A stretch of 64,000 nucleotides of DNA from Callorhinchus milii. Its lineage: Eukaryota. The notes under the pieces are model-generated. The model saw nothing but the letters and a program-made list of their open reading frames with translations. It made no database searches and had not been told where the DNA came from. The position numbers and the translations under genes are program-made. Position 1 is the first letter of the stretch, and every line of letters begins with the position of its first letter. Below, piece after piece: positions 37,073 through 50,822 of the stretch. The stretch lies in the NCBI RefSeq assembly GCF_018977255.1, contig NW_024704743.1, forward strand, positions 82,958,001 through 83,022,000, given 5' to 3'.

Positions 37073-40000
37073 AATTACCATACATATTTGTTAGCAGTAA
37101 AATCTGTGCTGAATGTAGCTAAATTTGAAACAGACTTATTTTTAAATTTATAAATGGCAGTTGGATGTCTGTGTGTACTTACTAGCATATTGTATTGGTA
37201 GTTTTGAATAATTTCCATAACCTACTCATTAGTATTTTAGGGTTAAATAATGCACTGTTTGTTATCAATATGAATGCAAGCAGTTATTATTGTTATTTCT
37301 AGTTAGCTTTGCATTTTTTCATTATGAAGCATATGCAGGGAAATTTGCTAAGCTAACAAACAGTGCTCTGTTTACCATTTGTCAACAGGAATCATTTCTG
37401 GATTTTGTTGAAGCTCAGTAATAAGCATTTCTGGGTCATGTGAAATAAAAGTAACACTCCATTAAATGTAAATTCTAACCAGGTTATAACATCCTCTTAA
37501 TACTTGCTTGCTTTTCACTTTTAATGATCACTGGTGAAAATTGTGGAGCTTTTTTGCAACCCGTTCTCCAGAGGTGAAGGGTAACATTTTAAAGTGCTAT
37601 TAAGAAAAGGTAGTCACCTGAGACAAACTACAAATTTCCCAAGTTGTACTCAGTATGCTCAGTACTGCCCATGCAGTATCGTGGAGCTGTAGAGGACCCT
37701 GTGCTTTGTGCTAGCTTTAGTTAATGCGAGGAGAGATTAGGTGATGCTGAAGGAGGCAACACATTTCTGTTTGGTCACATGCCACCTTCGCTTGTCTAGA
37801 GTATCAAATGTTTTAATCCTACAGATGTGGTTTAGTTGAGCATCGGTGCAGTCAGCAACAGTTCAGCTTGAAAACTAGGATGGGCAAATGACTTCAAAAT
37901 CCTCAGGGCCTATCACAGCATTCCTCCACATTATTGATAGCAGCTGAGATATTGACAGTCTGTGCTCGGAAGGAAAATAGGAGTTTGATATGACATATTG
38001 TGTGTCTCAGCAACACTCATAAATAATTTTGACAAGTTTTTGTATGCATGGGAAAGTCCTTGATTCAGCCTCCCATAAAAATAAACTTCTATTATGGAAT
38101 GTATTTGTCAAGTGGCTCTGTGATGGATGGAGCTGTGTTTACCCCTTGGCAGTTCGATGAGTTTTAGATGCACAGCTTACTGGGGAGGATTTTCAGGATT
38201 ATAAAAAATAATTGTACAGTGGGAAAAAAAGAGATGATATCTAAACCTGATTTTTTATTCTGAAAGGTTTTGTTGCATTTGTATAGCAGTTTATGTTGCC
38301 GTCCAAATCAACCTTCTTTTTCTGATTTATTGGGTTTCTATATTGCGCTTACAGTTTCTCAGATTTAACCAAATCAAAGTCCCAATTGTTGCTTCTGGAT
38401 ATTTTTTCTCCTCAACATTTATAAGCATGGTGGTAGAAGAGCATTTTTTTTACTATATTATCTACATCTTTCATTCTCGAATAGCCTGGACATATATGCT
38501 TAATGTGTTTCTCTAGTGAATTCAGTACATCTCTGAAAGGCATGATTTAGAATACTCTGCCTGTACAGTTCATGAGGTTGGTTATTACAGCCAATAACAG
38601 GTCCACACAAAAAAACTTTACTTGAAGCGTATTCATTTAAAAGTAAGGCTGTAATTTTCTATTGAAATACTTGGACCCGTTTTCTGCACAGAAACAATTC
38701 TGCTTTCATATTAATGGTAATGAAGAAAATGTAAGCAATGCATTTGTGAAAATAAGTAAATGGTACAAACTGTACCTGTGATTTGAACCTCAAACTTGGT
38801 GAAATGTCTAAGTGAAAAATACATTTGGTTCATAAAAATTTACAGCCGGAAGTTTTCACTGAGATGAAATGATCTTCTGAACCATTTCTGCTCTGCAATG
38901 GAGGGTGGTGGCCTCCAGGCTTCGATGAGGACATTAGGTTTTGTTTGTGCAATATATTGCACAAATGTCTGTTATGGCATTAGGCTGGCATTCCTTGAGA
39001 ATGTGTAATGATGCTATGAAAACATGGAGCAGACTCCTAATTTGTACGGATCTGTATGAGCAGAAATCGAAGAGAGCTCTTAAAGGTACGCAGCTCTGAA
39101 GTGCCAGGGGTGTACCACTGGAAACCATTAGGACTTGGTACACAAACAGTGAATGACTAAGGTTTTCCAAACGGATAACAAAAGCTGCTACATTGCATCA
39201 TGGAATTTAATACCCACATATTCCAGAATAATGAGTCAAGAGCAGAAAGAGAGAGAGAGAAAGAGACTGGGCATTGAAATATGGTGGTCAGTCAGGTTTA
39301 TGAGGTGTCACTTACATGGGTCTGTAGTTGGGAGTGTAATCTCTTTGCATGAGTGTAACAAGTCGAACCATTCTGGATCAGGTCCAAGCCCTTATTAAAA
39401 TAAGGTAGTTGGCAATAGCTATAGTCTGTGTTCCCCAAATACTAATGTGAATCACTTTATGACCATGCCTCACAACAATCGTGCATTGGCCATACTTTTG
39501 CCTACAGAAGGCATTGATCTGCAACTCTCACAATCCATCTGTAACAATCCCTGTCTAGAATTGCCTAAGGACCAGGATTTGCTATTCCACAGCAATGATT
39601 AGACAATGCTCTACACCGAGAGATTGATACCAACACAGCCATTCACTAAACTCTTAACACTGAACTGCTAAACTTTGTTCTTTGGGTGAAGTTGAGCCAT
39701 TTCTCAAGAATGTGATGAATGGTGTTAGGTATAGCTCTTTGAATAATTTAGTCCAACTAATTGGCAGTGACACTATTTTAGAATACAGCCTGTTCTCACC
39801 TGTAATGTTTCTGGCAGATTTTTGAAGCAGCAATTGAAGTTTTTTATTAACTGTCATGGTGAATTATTGGTTGTGCACTTGTATATGCAATCTTGGTGGC
39901 ATTGCTCATGCACATATGGCCAATATTCAATTCATTACAGCCACAAGTGCATCGAAGATCATCTGTAATTGTATAAGTTGTAGAAATGTACTGACAAACG

Positions 40001-40079
40001 CATATGTGCAGGAGTTCACAATTTTCACAAGATCAGTGATCTTCTGGCTGATTTGATCTCATCCTTACAGAATACCAAC

Positions 40080-40371
40080 CCTGTCCTTCACATAAGATGT
40101 TAAACCGAGATCCCACCTGCCTGTTCAGGAGGACGTTAAAAATCCCATGGCACTTTGGAAAAGAGAAGGGAGTTTCTCCTTGTGTCTGGCCAACAATCTC
40201 CCCAAATAAGAGATTGGACACTCACTCCATATATGTGGGACATTGCTGTGCACAATACCGGGTTTTGCTCACAAAATACACTGTCACTCCACTTCACAGT
40301 ATATCCTGTGAAGTATTTTTAGATGTGTCGACGACGTGATAAGGCACTATATCAAATGCAATATTATTATT
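40080..40371 (+). mobile_element. Deu-domain SINE (family B), 5'-truncated
   Basis: gatgttaaaccgagatcccacctgcctgttcaggaggacgttaaaaatcccatggcactttggaaaagagaagggagtttctcc...gacgtgataaggcactatatcaaatgcaa. Confidence 0.85.
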
Positions 40372-40435
40372 TTTACATCATCAAGCTGATTCTTAAATGT
40401 GTCCAATGTCCCAATTTCTGACTTTAATCAGTTAA

Positions 40436-40540
40436 CACTTACCATTGAGAGTACTGTCTGGTAAGTTTTCCGCTGGTTGTCCAGCTAGGACCATCCTACC
40501 CATTTAGCGTTGACTTGCTGGAATAACAGAAGCCAAGTGG
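40436..40540 (-). repeat. Unclassified ancient interspersed repeat, copy 4
   Basis: Reverse complement aligns to 13943-14048, with exact 15-mer and 16-mer matches. Confidence 0.7.
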
Positions 40541-42924
40541 GAAGAGTCCCCCATCCCAATGTGTATATTTGTATATTGTATTGAAATACATGATTATGTC
40601 ACTTGTAATGGGCTCAGTGGTGTGAATAACAGCCATTACTAGTCTCTGTCTCCAGCCTCTCCTATCCCCCCACCAGACTGAAAAGAAAAGCAGTTTGGAA
40701 ACATTTCTTCTTGGAGATGTGCCTCAATTAGTCATCTCGTTGTTTTTATTTTCCATGAAACATTTATGATGAGAAAAGCAAATCCAACATTGATTTAACG
40801 TTGTAGGTACGGTGTAGTGTCACAGCAAAGTGTTATCAATCAATGCAAAATATTCCAGGTGATGGCCAGATCGACAGCTGAGTAACTGATGAATGTTGAG
40901 TGACTGACGGGAGATAATAGAAAGTCCTTACAGCATGCCATAACAGTGTAAGATAATTTCCAGTTTAGACATATAATGCAAGCACCCTGATGCCAACACT
41001 AGATTTATCACTTTGCATCCAAGTGCTTTACATTCTTGGTTTAAAGAGACCAAGACTCACACATTCAGAAACCTCTTAAATTCTTGATGTTTCTCTTTAA
41101 AGAAGAAATTAATCGAGCATCTCACTCAAGATTTGTCTAAAGGATACCAAAGTAAGGATGTGCACAAATTTGAGCCTGAAATTGTAGCTTATCAGGACTT
41201 AAGTGATCAGTTGAACTGAGCCCAAACCATGCCTGGCCATCTTTGAAATTAGGTAAACTCTAATGTACAAAATAGAAACTTGGAGTCAAGTCACCTTTAC
41301 ATTTTGATGTTGAGCTGAAGGAGGAAACACTAGTGTAACAGTTTAATATTTAGTCCAGCTTCAGTAGCTGGACGTTTTGCTCAGATTTAGAGCATGGAGT
41401 TTTGGTGATTAAGGCTGATTAAGATATGCCCTCTCACCTGGCACAGATTGGGATGATTTGGCCCCACAATGTTTCCAGCTTTTATGGTTTCAAAAGGATT
41501 TTTTAGGGGAAAAAATGAAGAGTAGCCTTGCCTTGAAAGCTCTCCTTAAAAGCTGTATTTTTGACCATTGTTTAAAAGTTATGTTTGCATGAAAAACGAT
41601 TTATACTATAACCATTGCAGTGACTTAGTTACCAAAAGCACTTACGGATGTGGTTCCTTGAGTTTAGGCTTAGAATTTAATTAATGCCATTACATTTTAC
41701 TTTTAATATCCATTAGATATGATAATTGTTGTTGATTTTTGTTGCTCACCAAAATCGAGCCGCATCTGACCCTGCCTAGGCTGAGTAGAATTGTCTAGTT
41801 CTGGCATGAACTAAGTAAGATGTACGTCCACCACAGCAGATGAGCCTTTGTTTAAGAGCAGAGAAAGTTGTACTGTTGATGGAGTAGCCAGTTTTCATTT
41901 GTCTAGCATCTCTATTAAGTATGGCAGCTGTATAAATGGTGTGCATCCGCAGGCAAATGGTGTGTAGTTCCTCTGTGGTGTGTATGTATGTATGTGCCCG
42001 CAAATGCCTGTAAGGTCTGCAACAGTATCAGTTTGAACAAGGTGCGTACTGCGTACACACTGTATATATAAGGACTTTTAAAGTCCTTATATAAATCTTC
42101 AAATAAAAAAGCTGTGTATTTTTTGGCAGAGGGGGAGTTAAGATGTATTGATTGTGTCAAAACAGAAGGGTAGAAAGTGAAAAAATTTGACTCAAGATAC
42201 TCAGGTAAATTTGGTAAAAATTAGTCCATCACTCTCAGATCACTGCCAACAAATTCAAGCAGTTCTGACACAAGGTAACGCATCCTGAAGCATGCTATGT
42301 CCATAAAGCAAGGTACTGAGGTCATCTGGCACCATCGTATTGCTCAGAGATCATCGGTATATGTACGATTTGTGCATCAATCAGCACAACTCTGATAGAT
42401 CTTAGAAGTTAAAAACAGTCAAGAGAATTGGAGAAGTTTGGGAGTTTGAGAAAATAGTCTATCTGCTGATCGACTTTCACCAAATAAAACATTATAGTGA
42501 AAATCAATAAAGAAGAAGGACTGTTAAGATCCCTATGATTATAGACATATCTGTGTGCAAACCTTCGCCTTCTCTTCTGTTCTTTTCCCCTTCCATTATG
42601 CTCTGCCATGTTGCTTGTCTAGGTGTCTTTTGTTTACCTTTCTCTAGTTGGCCTTGTCTTGGTGGTGAGATGCCCCAGATAACATGTGTTATCCGTGGAT
42701 AATTTATTCTGTGCCTTCTGTCACCCTGTATGCAATGTAGATGCTGCACCAGTGTTATTTGCATGTTTGGGGGTGGGGTGGTGAGGGTGGGGGAGGGGAT
42801 TCTTGTATTCTTCATAACATAAATGAAATATAGTTTCTAGAGCTTCAGTTCATTGTTGTCACGTTTGAATTTTTGGCAGCGGAGCAGCTGAGATCATTTC
42901 AAGGTTTTTGTTTTGTCCTCTGAC

Positions 42925-44121
42925 ATGGTTTGATGTCATACACCACCTCTCCGCTTTACTCAATCTTCACGGATCTGCCCTTGCCTGGTTCAATTCCTAT
43001 CTCTCTCACTGTCTCCACTTCGTTGCCTTCAACGGTTTCTCCTCCAGCGCCCGCACTGTCACATCTGGCGTCCCCCAGGGCTCTGTCCTTGGCCCTCTCC
43101 TTTTTAATATTTACATGCTCCCTCTTGGTGACATCATCCGCAGACATGGGGTCAACTTCCATATGTACGCAGATGACACCCAACTCTATCTTTCTGCCTC
43201 CACCGTCAACTCCAGGACCACTGCTGTCCTGACAGACTGCCTGTCGGACATCAAGTTCTGGATGAGGGCAAATTTCCTTGAATGTGAACAAGACTGAGGC
43301 CCTCCTGATTGGCTCGCGCCAGCGCCTCTGCACCTCAGGCTCTGGCAACATCAACCTCCATGGTTGCACACTACAACTCACCAAGCCAGTCAGGAACCTC
43401 GGTGTCTTGTTCGACCCTCAACTGTCTTTTCTCCCCCACATTCAAGCCATGACCCGCTCTGCCTTCACTCACCTCCGTAACATTGCCGATTCCGCCACTA
43501 CCTCACCCCTCAGGCCACTGAAACTCTTGTTCATGCTTGACTATGCAAACGCCCTGCTTGTTGGCCTTCCCAACTCCTCCCTCCACAGGCTGCAGATAAT
43601 CCAGAACTCTGAGGTCCGTATCCTCTCCCACACCAAACTCCGCAACCCCATCTCACCCACTCTCGCCCGACTCCAATGGCTCCCTATCCTTCAGACGATC
43701 CAGTTCAAGATCCTGGTCCTCACATACAAAGCCCTCCATGGCCTCGCCCCACTCTACCTCTGCGACCTCCTAACCCCTACCAACCCGCCCGTTCCCTCCG
43801 CTCAGCCGGCTCCAGCCTGCTCCACGTCCCCCGACCCACCCATCCCACCATTGGCGGGAGAGCCTTCATCCACTCTGCCCCCAACCTCTGGAATTCCAGC
43901 CCCCAGTCACTCCGCCTCACCCCCTCCTTAGCCTCCTTCACGTTCCGCCTCAAGACCCTCCTCTTCGACCACGCCATCGGCCACCCCCCTTCCCCTCCCC
44001 TTCCTTCTCCTCCTGACCCCAGCTCGGGTCTGAAATGCTGTACTCTGTCCAACGCTTTGGGATGTCCTCCCGACATGAAAGGCGCTATACAAATGTAATC
44101 TTGTTTTTGTTGTTGTTGTTG
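42925..44121 (+). mobile_element. 5'-truncated L2-clade LINE (RT domain to 3' tail), frameshifted
   Basis: ALAWFNSYLS, SGVPQGSVLGPLLFNIYMLPLGDIIRRHGVNFHMYADDTQLY, NVNKTE, VRNLGVLFD, LDYANALL, LQWLPI..IQFKIL, GGRAF..APNLWNS. Tail gctttgggatgtcctcccgacatgaaaggcgctatacaaatgtaatcttgtttttgttgttgtt. Confidence 0.95.
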
Positions 44122-44222
44122 ATGATGGCAGTTGAGAAACTGCCCTGAAAATTAAGCAAAACTGCTAGATTTTGGGAATTCCTGCCAGGATCTGTTTTTG
44201 CAGGAGGAATCCTGTGGTGCAA

Positions 44223-44405
44223 GAACAACTTGCATTTATATAGTGCTCTTCATGTAGGATAAAGTCCCGGAGCTCTTGGCAAAGACAGACACCGAGTAAG
44301 TGCCGAGGGGGAGGGGAGAGGTGACCGTAGTCATTGCCAAAGGTAGGTTTGTAGGCGGGATTGAAAACCTAAAGAGAGGCATAGAGGAAGGGACTTCCAG
44401 TGGTT
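44223..44405 (-). mobile_element. L2 LINE 3' tail fragment
   Basis: gaacaacttgcatttatatagtgctcttcatg...gtcccggagctc, purine tract, ggtgaccgtag...gggacttccag. Confidence 0.72.
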
Positions 44406-44934
44406 GGTTGCTTATTCTTGGAAATCCTACAACTTGCAACATTTACCCAATAACCCATAAATAGTGAATAGTCAGATCAAACACAATCCACACACAAAAG
44501 AGACGTTTGGATGAAGAAGCCCCTTTTGCCTCATTTGATTTAATTATTTCAGAATTTCAACCATACATGTCTTTCCATTATAATTTAGCAAATTGAATTA
44601 AATTCAATTATTTAATTTAATCAAATCAAATGCAAATTTGTCCCCAAATTCAAAGTAACCGGCTGCTCATTTCATTGTTCTCTATGGGACGTTGCTGATG
44701 TAGATTAGCTACAACAACGACGACAAAATTACATTTATAGAACACCTTTCATGTCAGGAAAGCTGCTGTACTTACCAATATCAGAAGCTTCACTTCATTT
44801 CTAATCTATTATATATTGAAATATAATAGATTAGAAATTAAGGGAAGGTTTATTTTTACCTGAAACATTAATTATTTTGAGTTATTATTATTTTATTATT
44901 ATTATTGCAAGCTGCTTTTCAGCTTGCGATTATT

Positions 44935-45017
44935 CCAGTGCCTTAGGACGTCCTCCCAACGTTAAAGGCTTTATACAAATGTAATCTTGCTGTTGTTGGT
45001 TGTTGTTCTTGTTGTTT
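44935..45017 (+). mobile_element. Very short L2 3' tail (stem-loop plus (GTT)n)
   Basis: gtgccttaggacgtcctcccaacgttaaaggctttatacaaatgtaatcttgctgttgttggttgttgtt. Similar solo tails lie at ~10195-10245 (-), ~29437-29505 (-), ~51395-51450, ~54615-54663, ~56405-56463 and ~58258-58320. Confidence 0.72.
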
Positions 45018-47441
45018 CTTAAATGAGTCCAACGTCCAGGCTTCAACCACCCACCGACCCATTCCAGCTGTTCAACCTGTATCTGCTAACTTGTTTTTCT
45101 ATGAAAAATAGCTGGCCTGGTAACACAAAGTCGAGTTATACAAATCTTAATCATGGAGTGTACAGGAGAACTAGTAAATTTTGAAATATTAGTACACAAT
45201 ATGTTGGAATAGTGGATTTACCTGAGAGAAAATGTTTTCTGACATTTTATTTTTTGCCCCAATCTTGTCCAGCAGTGTGTCAGATACATGACCGAAAGAC
45301 AGATTGCTAAAAGACATCTTGGTGTCTAGTCCTATGATTCCACTCTACTCATAGCCAGAGATGAAGTTCTTAGTCTTCACTCAGTGACCACCCCTCCCTC
45401 CCATGGTTGAGATCCAGAGCTCAGCTTGTGAGAAACCATGAGCACAAAACTATATGCTTCTATTTAGTCATGCAGCATAATAACTCTTAACATGTTGCAT
45501 CACTAAGAGCCCTCAAAATGTTTATATTTAATCTTTCTTTACAATCATTTATTTTCTCTCTCCAATTAAAGATGTTATATAACCCATTCAGTCATGTCAT
45601 TTCGAGGATAATTAACCCTGTCGTTCCTTGTAGCTCATCCCCTCTGGGGCGAGGGAGAGGAGAGAAGCAAAGATATTTGGTACTGAAATGGTTAAACGAG
45701 AAGAATCATTTAGAGATGCAAATGAAAAGGATGTCAGATGGGACCTAGGGATAAAACTTCCAAGTGATCCAAATGTGAAAGGTGGAGTTTTAAAAGATTT
45801 GATTAAAATTCTCCATAAATGGAGTAATTTACGGAAGTGGAGAATGGCGTCAACATTGTGCTGAAGAGTTTTCTGCAGCAGATGTTTGCAGAAAGTTGGT
45901 GTAAAAATGATTGAAATATTTTAAGAAAACTGAAACGCTGTCAGTTGCACCATTTATTTCACGAAACGCAGATGTAAGGCATCAGGTTCTCAGAATGATG
46001 GCAGAACNAAAAACACCATATGGTTTAATGATTGTCTGCAAACGTGTGCATTCAGAGATGCTATTTGAATCACACTTCATTTAGTTCAGCTGAATGTCAA
46101 AGTTTTTTCTCAGAAATTCTGGATTTAAAACACACAGTCCAATAAAGTGATAATAAATTGAAAATTGTTTGTCCTTGTGTAAATAAGAAAAACACTCCAT
46201 TGTTAAGGAAGAAGAAAATGATTTGATGTGTGTGTGTCACATTGCATATCACATTTGCGACTGTGGCACTTTCAACAGCTGTCTTGAGAAATTTATATAT
46301 TTTGCATCCATATGTGTTTTGCTTGATGAAAGGTGAAATTAAAAAACAATTTTCTGTATTGGAAGCACAAATTAACACTTGAAAATACCATCACAATATG
46401 CACTGTTTCAAAAACAAAAGCACACAAATTGCAAGAACAGCATGTTTCTAGTTTCCAGACTATCTGCACATATAAAGCTAAGCTGTTGCATCCACCCCCA
46501 GAATATTGCATCATTTTGACAGAGTTTCTGCTAAGAGAGAGGAAGCCTTTGACACTAAAGTGTTTGTGTGTTTTAATTTTTCTTCAAAGTAGGAGAACAA
46601 TATTCTCCTAGTTTAAAGAGCAATCAGGTACTTAATCTTTCTGTAGCTGAAACAGAATATGTGAATACTTTATTAGCACTGAGCTGTTAAAATGTCAGGT
46701 CAGGTGGTCTATTCTGTACTATTACTTCCTGGAAAACTCATTTAAATCGCTGTTCAAACAATATTGTTTGTTCATTGTGTTAAACCACACAGTTTGAAGA
46801 GCAGCTTTTCATTTAAACTCACAATGCTAATGAATAGTCATTCAGATAACATTTACATTGTTGGGAACCTGACTGGCTTTTTAAATTGTTCTACTGCAGT
46901 AAAAAGATTTTGAAACATTATTGTTGAATAGTTTTTGAAATTCACATTCATTAAGTCATATCTGTCTGTGAGAGGAAGAGGTGGAATTGCTACATGATTA
47001 TCCCAGTTACCAGGTTCAGACAAAGGATTCTTAATGACGATTTTCATCAACACAGAGTGATATTACAACATGTCCAATTCTTATATATTGCACAAATTTT
47101 CTGCTTGGTGATGTTTTTTTCCATCCTAATACAAGCTGCAAGTTATATGGTGGCTGAAACACTATCCGGACCAAGCTACATGCCAGTAGGCCATCCACTG
47201 GGATAACCTTACACAAATTACTGAATTTACTGGACTCGAGACCTGGGAATGTAAGGGTATGAGCTCTGAGACTTGTTAAAATGTTTTTATAGCTGCATGA
47301 TTTGCTGCATTATTAGTGATCTCACTTATTTGAGACTTTGTTCCAAATCACTGTAACAAAAATTGTTGGACTTGCTTCTTCAGTTGAGTGTTTTGATGCC
47401 TTGAGATGGCCTTAAATGGCTTACTGCAAGGAATGAAAATT

Positions 47442-47858
47442 TCACCTGGTTCAGTTGGTAGTACTCTCACCTGAGTCAGGTTATGGGTTCAAACCCAATG
47501 TCGGACTTCAAGCTCACAGTTTAGGCTTACACTCCAGTGCTGGGGGAGTGCTGCACTACCGAAGTTGCATCACATAAGACATTAAACTATCTTTGCAATG
47601 GGCAGATGTGTGTTAAGGATCTATGGCACTATTCGAAAAGAGAAGGAAGTTTCTCGCGGTGTCCTTGCCAACAATCCCTCAAATAAAATTGAACGTTCAT
47701 ATCGTGGTTGTTTGGGGGACAGTGTGTGAAAATTAGCTGCTGTGTTTGCCTACTGAAACAGTCACAACACAACACTTCACAGTAAAATCCTGTAAAGAAC
47801 TTTGAGACATTTCAATAAAGTGATAAGGATCTATATCAAATGCAAGGATTATTATTAT
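47442..47858 (+). mobile_element. Deu-domain SINE (family B), full length
   Basis: Head tggttcagttggtagtactctcacctgagtcaggttatgggttcaaaccc (A/B-box-like), core gggagtgctgcact...atggcactattcgaaaagagaaggaagtttctc, tail ctatatcaaatgcaaggattattatta. Confidence 0.85.
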
Positions 47859-48359
47859 ACTGTAATATAACACTATTATACAACACTCAATACAATGCAA
47901 TGCAATACAGTATTTCTGAGGGGAAGTAAAAGAGTGCCATAGATGTAAGGCTACATGGTTACAATTCTTCCTATAAGTGGCTTGCCAGTGACATTCCCTG
48001 CAATGTACACACTGAACAAAATTCTTGTCATTAAAAATTATTTTAACCTTTTAAAATTTTAAATGATTTTAGGTCCCTATTTAGTGAAGAGGTGTGAATC
48101 TGTGTAGCCGCCAACCCCTCCTCTGTCCACGATCAAACAATTTCTACCAATCTATGGACATCGGAAAACAATTGACACATCCAGACGTGGAGCCTGGATT
48201 TCACGCTTCTTCAGAAATGGCCTTTACATTTTAAATAATCAAAACCTCTCGCTAACTTAAGGTACATGGAGCCTTTTCAGTTCTGAAAATGTTGCTGGAA
48301 AAAACAGTCTCCAGAAGTCGTGGTGGTGGGGGGTGTTCAGCCCCAAACTTGGCATCAGC

Positions 48360-48495
48360 TTGGCTGTTTGTGGGACATGCCGTGTGTAAATTGGCTGCTG
48401 AGTTTGCCCACAAAACACACAGTCACTCTACAGTATGTCCTGTGAAGTGGTTTGAGACCCGAAAGGCATTATATAAATCTAACTTGTTCTTGTTG
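48360..48495 (+). mobile_element. Deu-domain SINE 3' fragment
   Basis: ggctgtttgtgggacatgccgtgtgtaaattggctgc...tcctgtgaagtggtttgagac. Related fragments lie at ~49155-49255 and ~51190-51240. Confidence 0.72.
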
Positions 48496-50822
48496 TACTT
48501 TAAAATTACACAAACAAGTGAACTCCAAGTACCCGATTATTTTTCTCCTCCTTGTATCATAAGGAAAGTAAGGCAAACCATCCAGCTGGGAAATCACAGC
48601 AACGTCTGTCTATTTTGAGAGACTGTTTTGGATAATGCTGTGCGACTTGCCCATTCTGCACTTTGTAAGAGTGTCCCCTCACCTGGCCATCACTCAGGGT
48701 TTATTTCTCCTGCTGTCAGCATCTGTTGCTTCATGCTGCTCAAACTTGTGTGAGTAAATACATCTGATCTTTTTTGAAGCCTGTGAGTTAGCAGATTCGC
48801 TTTCGAAGATTTTGCATTCTGTTTAAATATTTGTCCCTGTTGTTGGCTTGATGGTTTCACAAAAATAAATGTTGCTCTGCTGGAAGGCATCCTGCTTCCA
48901 GACTCAGTAACTAACTTTTAGGGTTAAAGAATTTAAGCTGGACAATTCTTCCTCCTTCCTTATCTGAATCTCCTCCCACCCCAAGGAGGTGACGTTCATT
49001 TTGTCTCTAAGACTGATGATGTGCACTTATAATCTTATGTTGGGTCTAATTTTTAAAGTTTCTTAATGCAAAATCTTCGAAAGCGGATCTGCTAACTTGA
49101 AAAGAGTTTGTTCTGGCCAACAGTTCTCCGGATAAACTGGTCAGTTACTCCATAGCTGTTTGTTGGACCTTGTTCTGCGCAAATTGGGAGTACAAACAGA
49201 CGGTGAAGCGCTTTGAGACATTTCATCATCATAAGTGCTGTCAAATGCAACAATTTGTATTATAGTGAATTATTGAACTTCTAAAATTAATGTTTTAGAA
49301 TTGTGATACTTGCACAATTAATAAGAAATCTGTTAATAATTACTGTATATAAGTCCCCATTGTTGAAGTCATCATAGTTATCAACGAGCAGAATATGTAG
49401 CCCAGTCAGACTCTTTGCTTGCTACCTGTTCCAGTAATGAGATAAGGAACTCCCTGTTTGCAGTCTTCCTTGTCATTGAAGACACTTTCCTTTTTGGCTG
49501 AGGAGCATAGTGAATGAAAGATCTACCCAGGGCACAGCAACAAACAATGGCCCATGGGCTGAATTAACAGGAGCAATAGATCATCACTAGTATTTTTAGC
49601 AGCTCTTGAACATTTTGTTTAGTATTTCCATGCTGCAATTATTTGATTTACTTCAATCCTGCAGTTATCAATTGTTTTGCTGCAGGAAATAGACCCACCT
49701 AAGAAATAAAATTGAATTTGTGGTGGATAATTCAAGCACAGGGAATAGTAAGTACCTTCAGTCAAAAGATGCGATGATCCTGCTGCCTTAGTATTTCCCG
49801 TTTGTAAAGTACTGGATGCCTGCTTTAGAGATTTAAGTTCAGATCCTGACTTTGACTGGCATACTTTGGCTTTCCCTGGAGGATCTGTTTACCAGTCTCT
49901 TGGGTCCTTCTGGGAAAGGGAAGATGGATTGACCCTTCTGAGCAGTCTGCACAGGATCATTCCCCTCTTTCAACTGAAGAGGATGATGTGCCAGTGAGGG
50001 GGAGTCAGTGGCAAAACAAATGAAAGGAGCAGTGCAGTAGCACCAAGCTTTGTAATGTACTGTGCTGCGGAGCATGAACTACATTTCAGATACAGCACCA
50101 GCCTCTCCACATATTTACAGCCCTGATCTGTCAAAAAGGCAAATTGTGTTAGACCAAAGACAGGGGATCAGTAACACTTGCTTTGGACTGTACAGATATC
50201 TGTGTTGATAATGTCGACAGAGGTAGGTTAGAATATCTGCTCCTTCCACTTAAGCAGGATTCTCTCTGGCTATTGGTGCTATAGCTGGTGAAAAATGAAC
50301 GATAGAAAGAATAAACACAAAATATGTTACAGTTGATGCAGCTCATTTCGGAGTTGTTCCAGTGAACCCATTAGCTGCAGTGTTATAGCTACCTATTCTC
50401 AGTCCAAGTAGCATGCTGGTGTGTTAACGGAGCTAAAGCCTGCTTACAGGGACCACATATCTATTGCAGTCATGGTCAGCATCTACAAAGCACATAACAT
50501 GCCAGTAACTGTCACTTTGACATCCAGTGACCAAATCATACAGTGTCTACCCATCAAAACAGATTGTGGTATTTTGCAGTCCTACCAGATGGTCCTTACA
50601 TGTAACCAGTGATCAGGAATCGGGTGAAGCATACGGAACAGCCAGTCAGACTGTTCAAATCTGCATACCACTAATCACCTGTCTGAAAATAGCTAGTAAT
50701 GGCAGATTCAAAGTCTCTTTTGTGTTTGTGTTCTTTGTTTTTAACCGGTTACAATACAAAACCAGAATCTTATGATTCAGGGTGTTTCACTTATTAGTTT
50801 TGACTGAAAAGAAAGAACTACA

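Noticed and set aside
42769..42799. G-rich tract as a functional G-quadruplex
   Set aside because: Short G-runs are common in this window (e.g. ~1534, ~15740, ~60462) and nothing supports function.
42908..44098. YADD-containing ORFs as an active retroelement or domesticated gene
   Set aside because: 5'-truncated L2 copy with several frameshifts.
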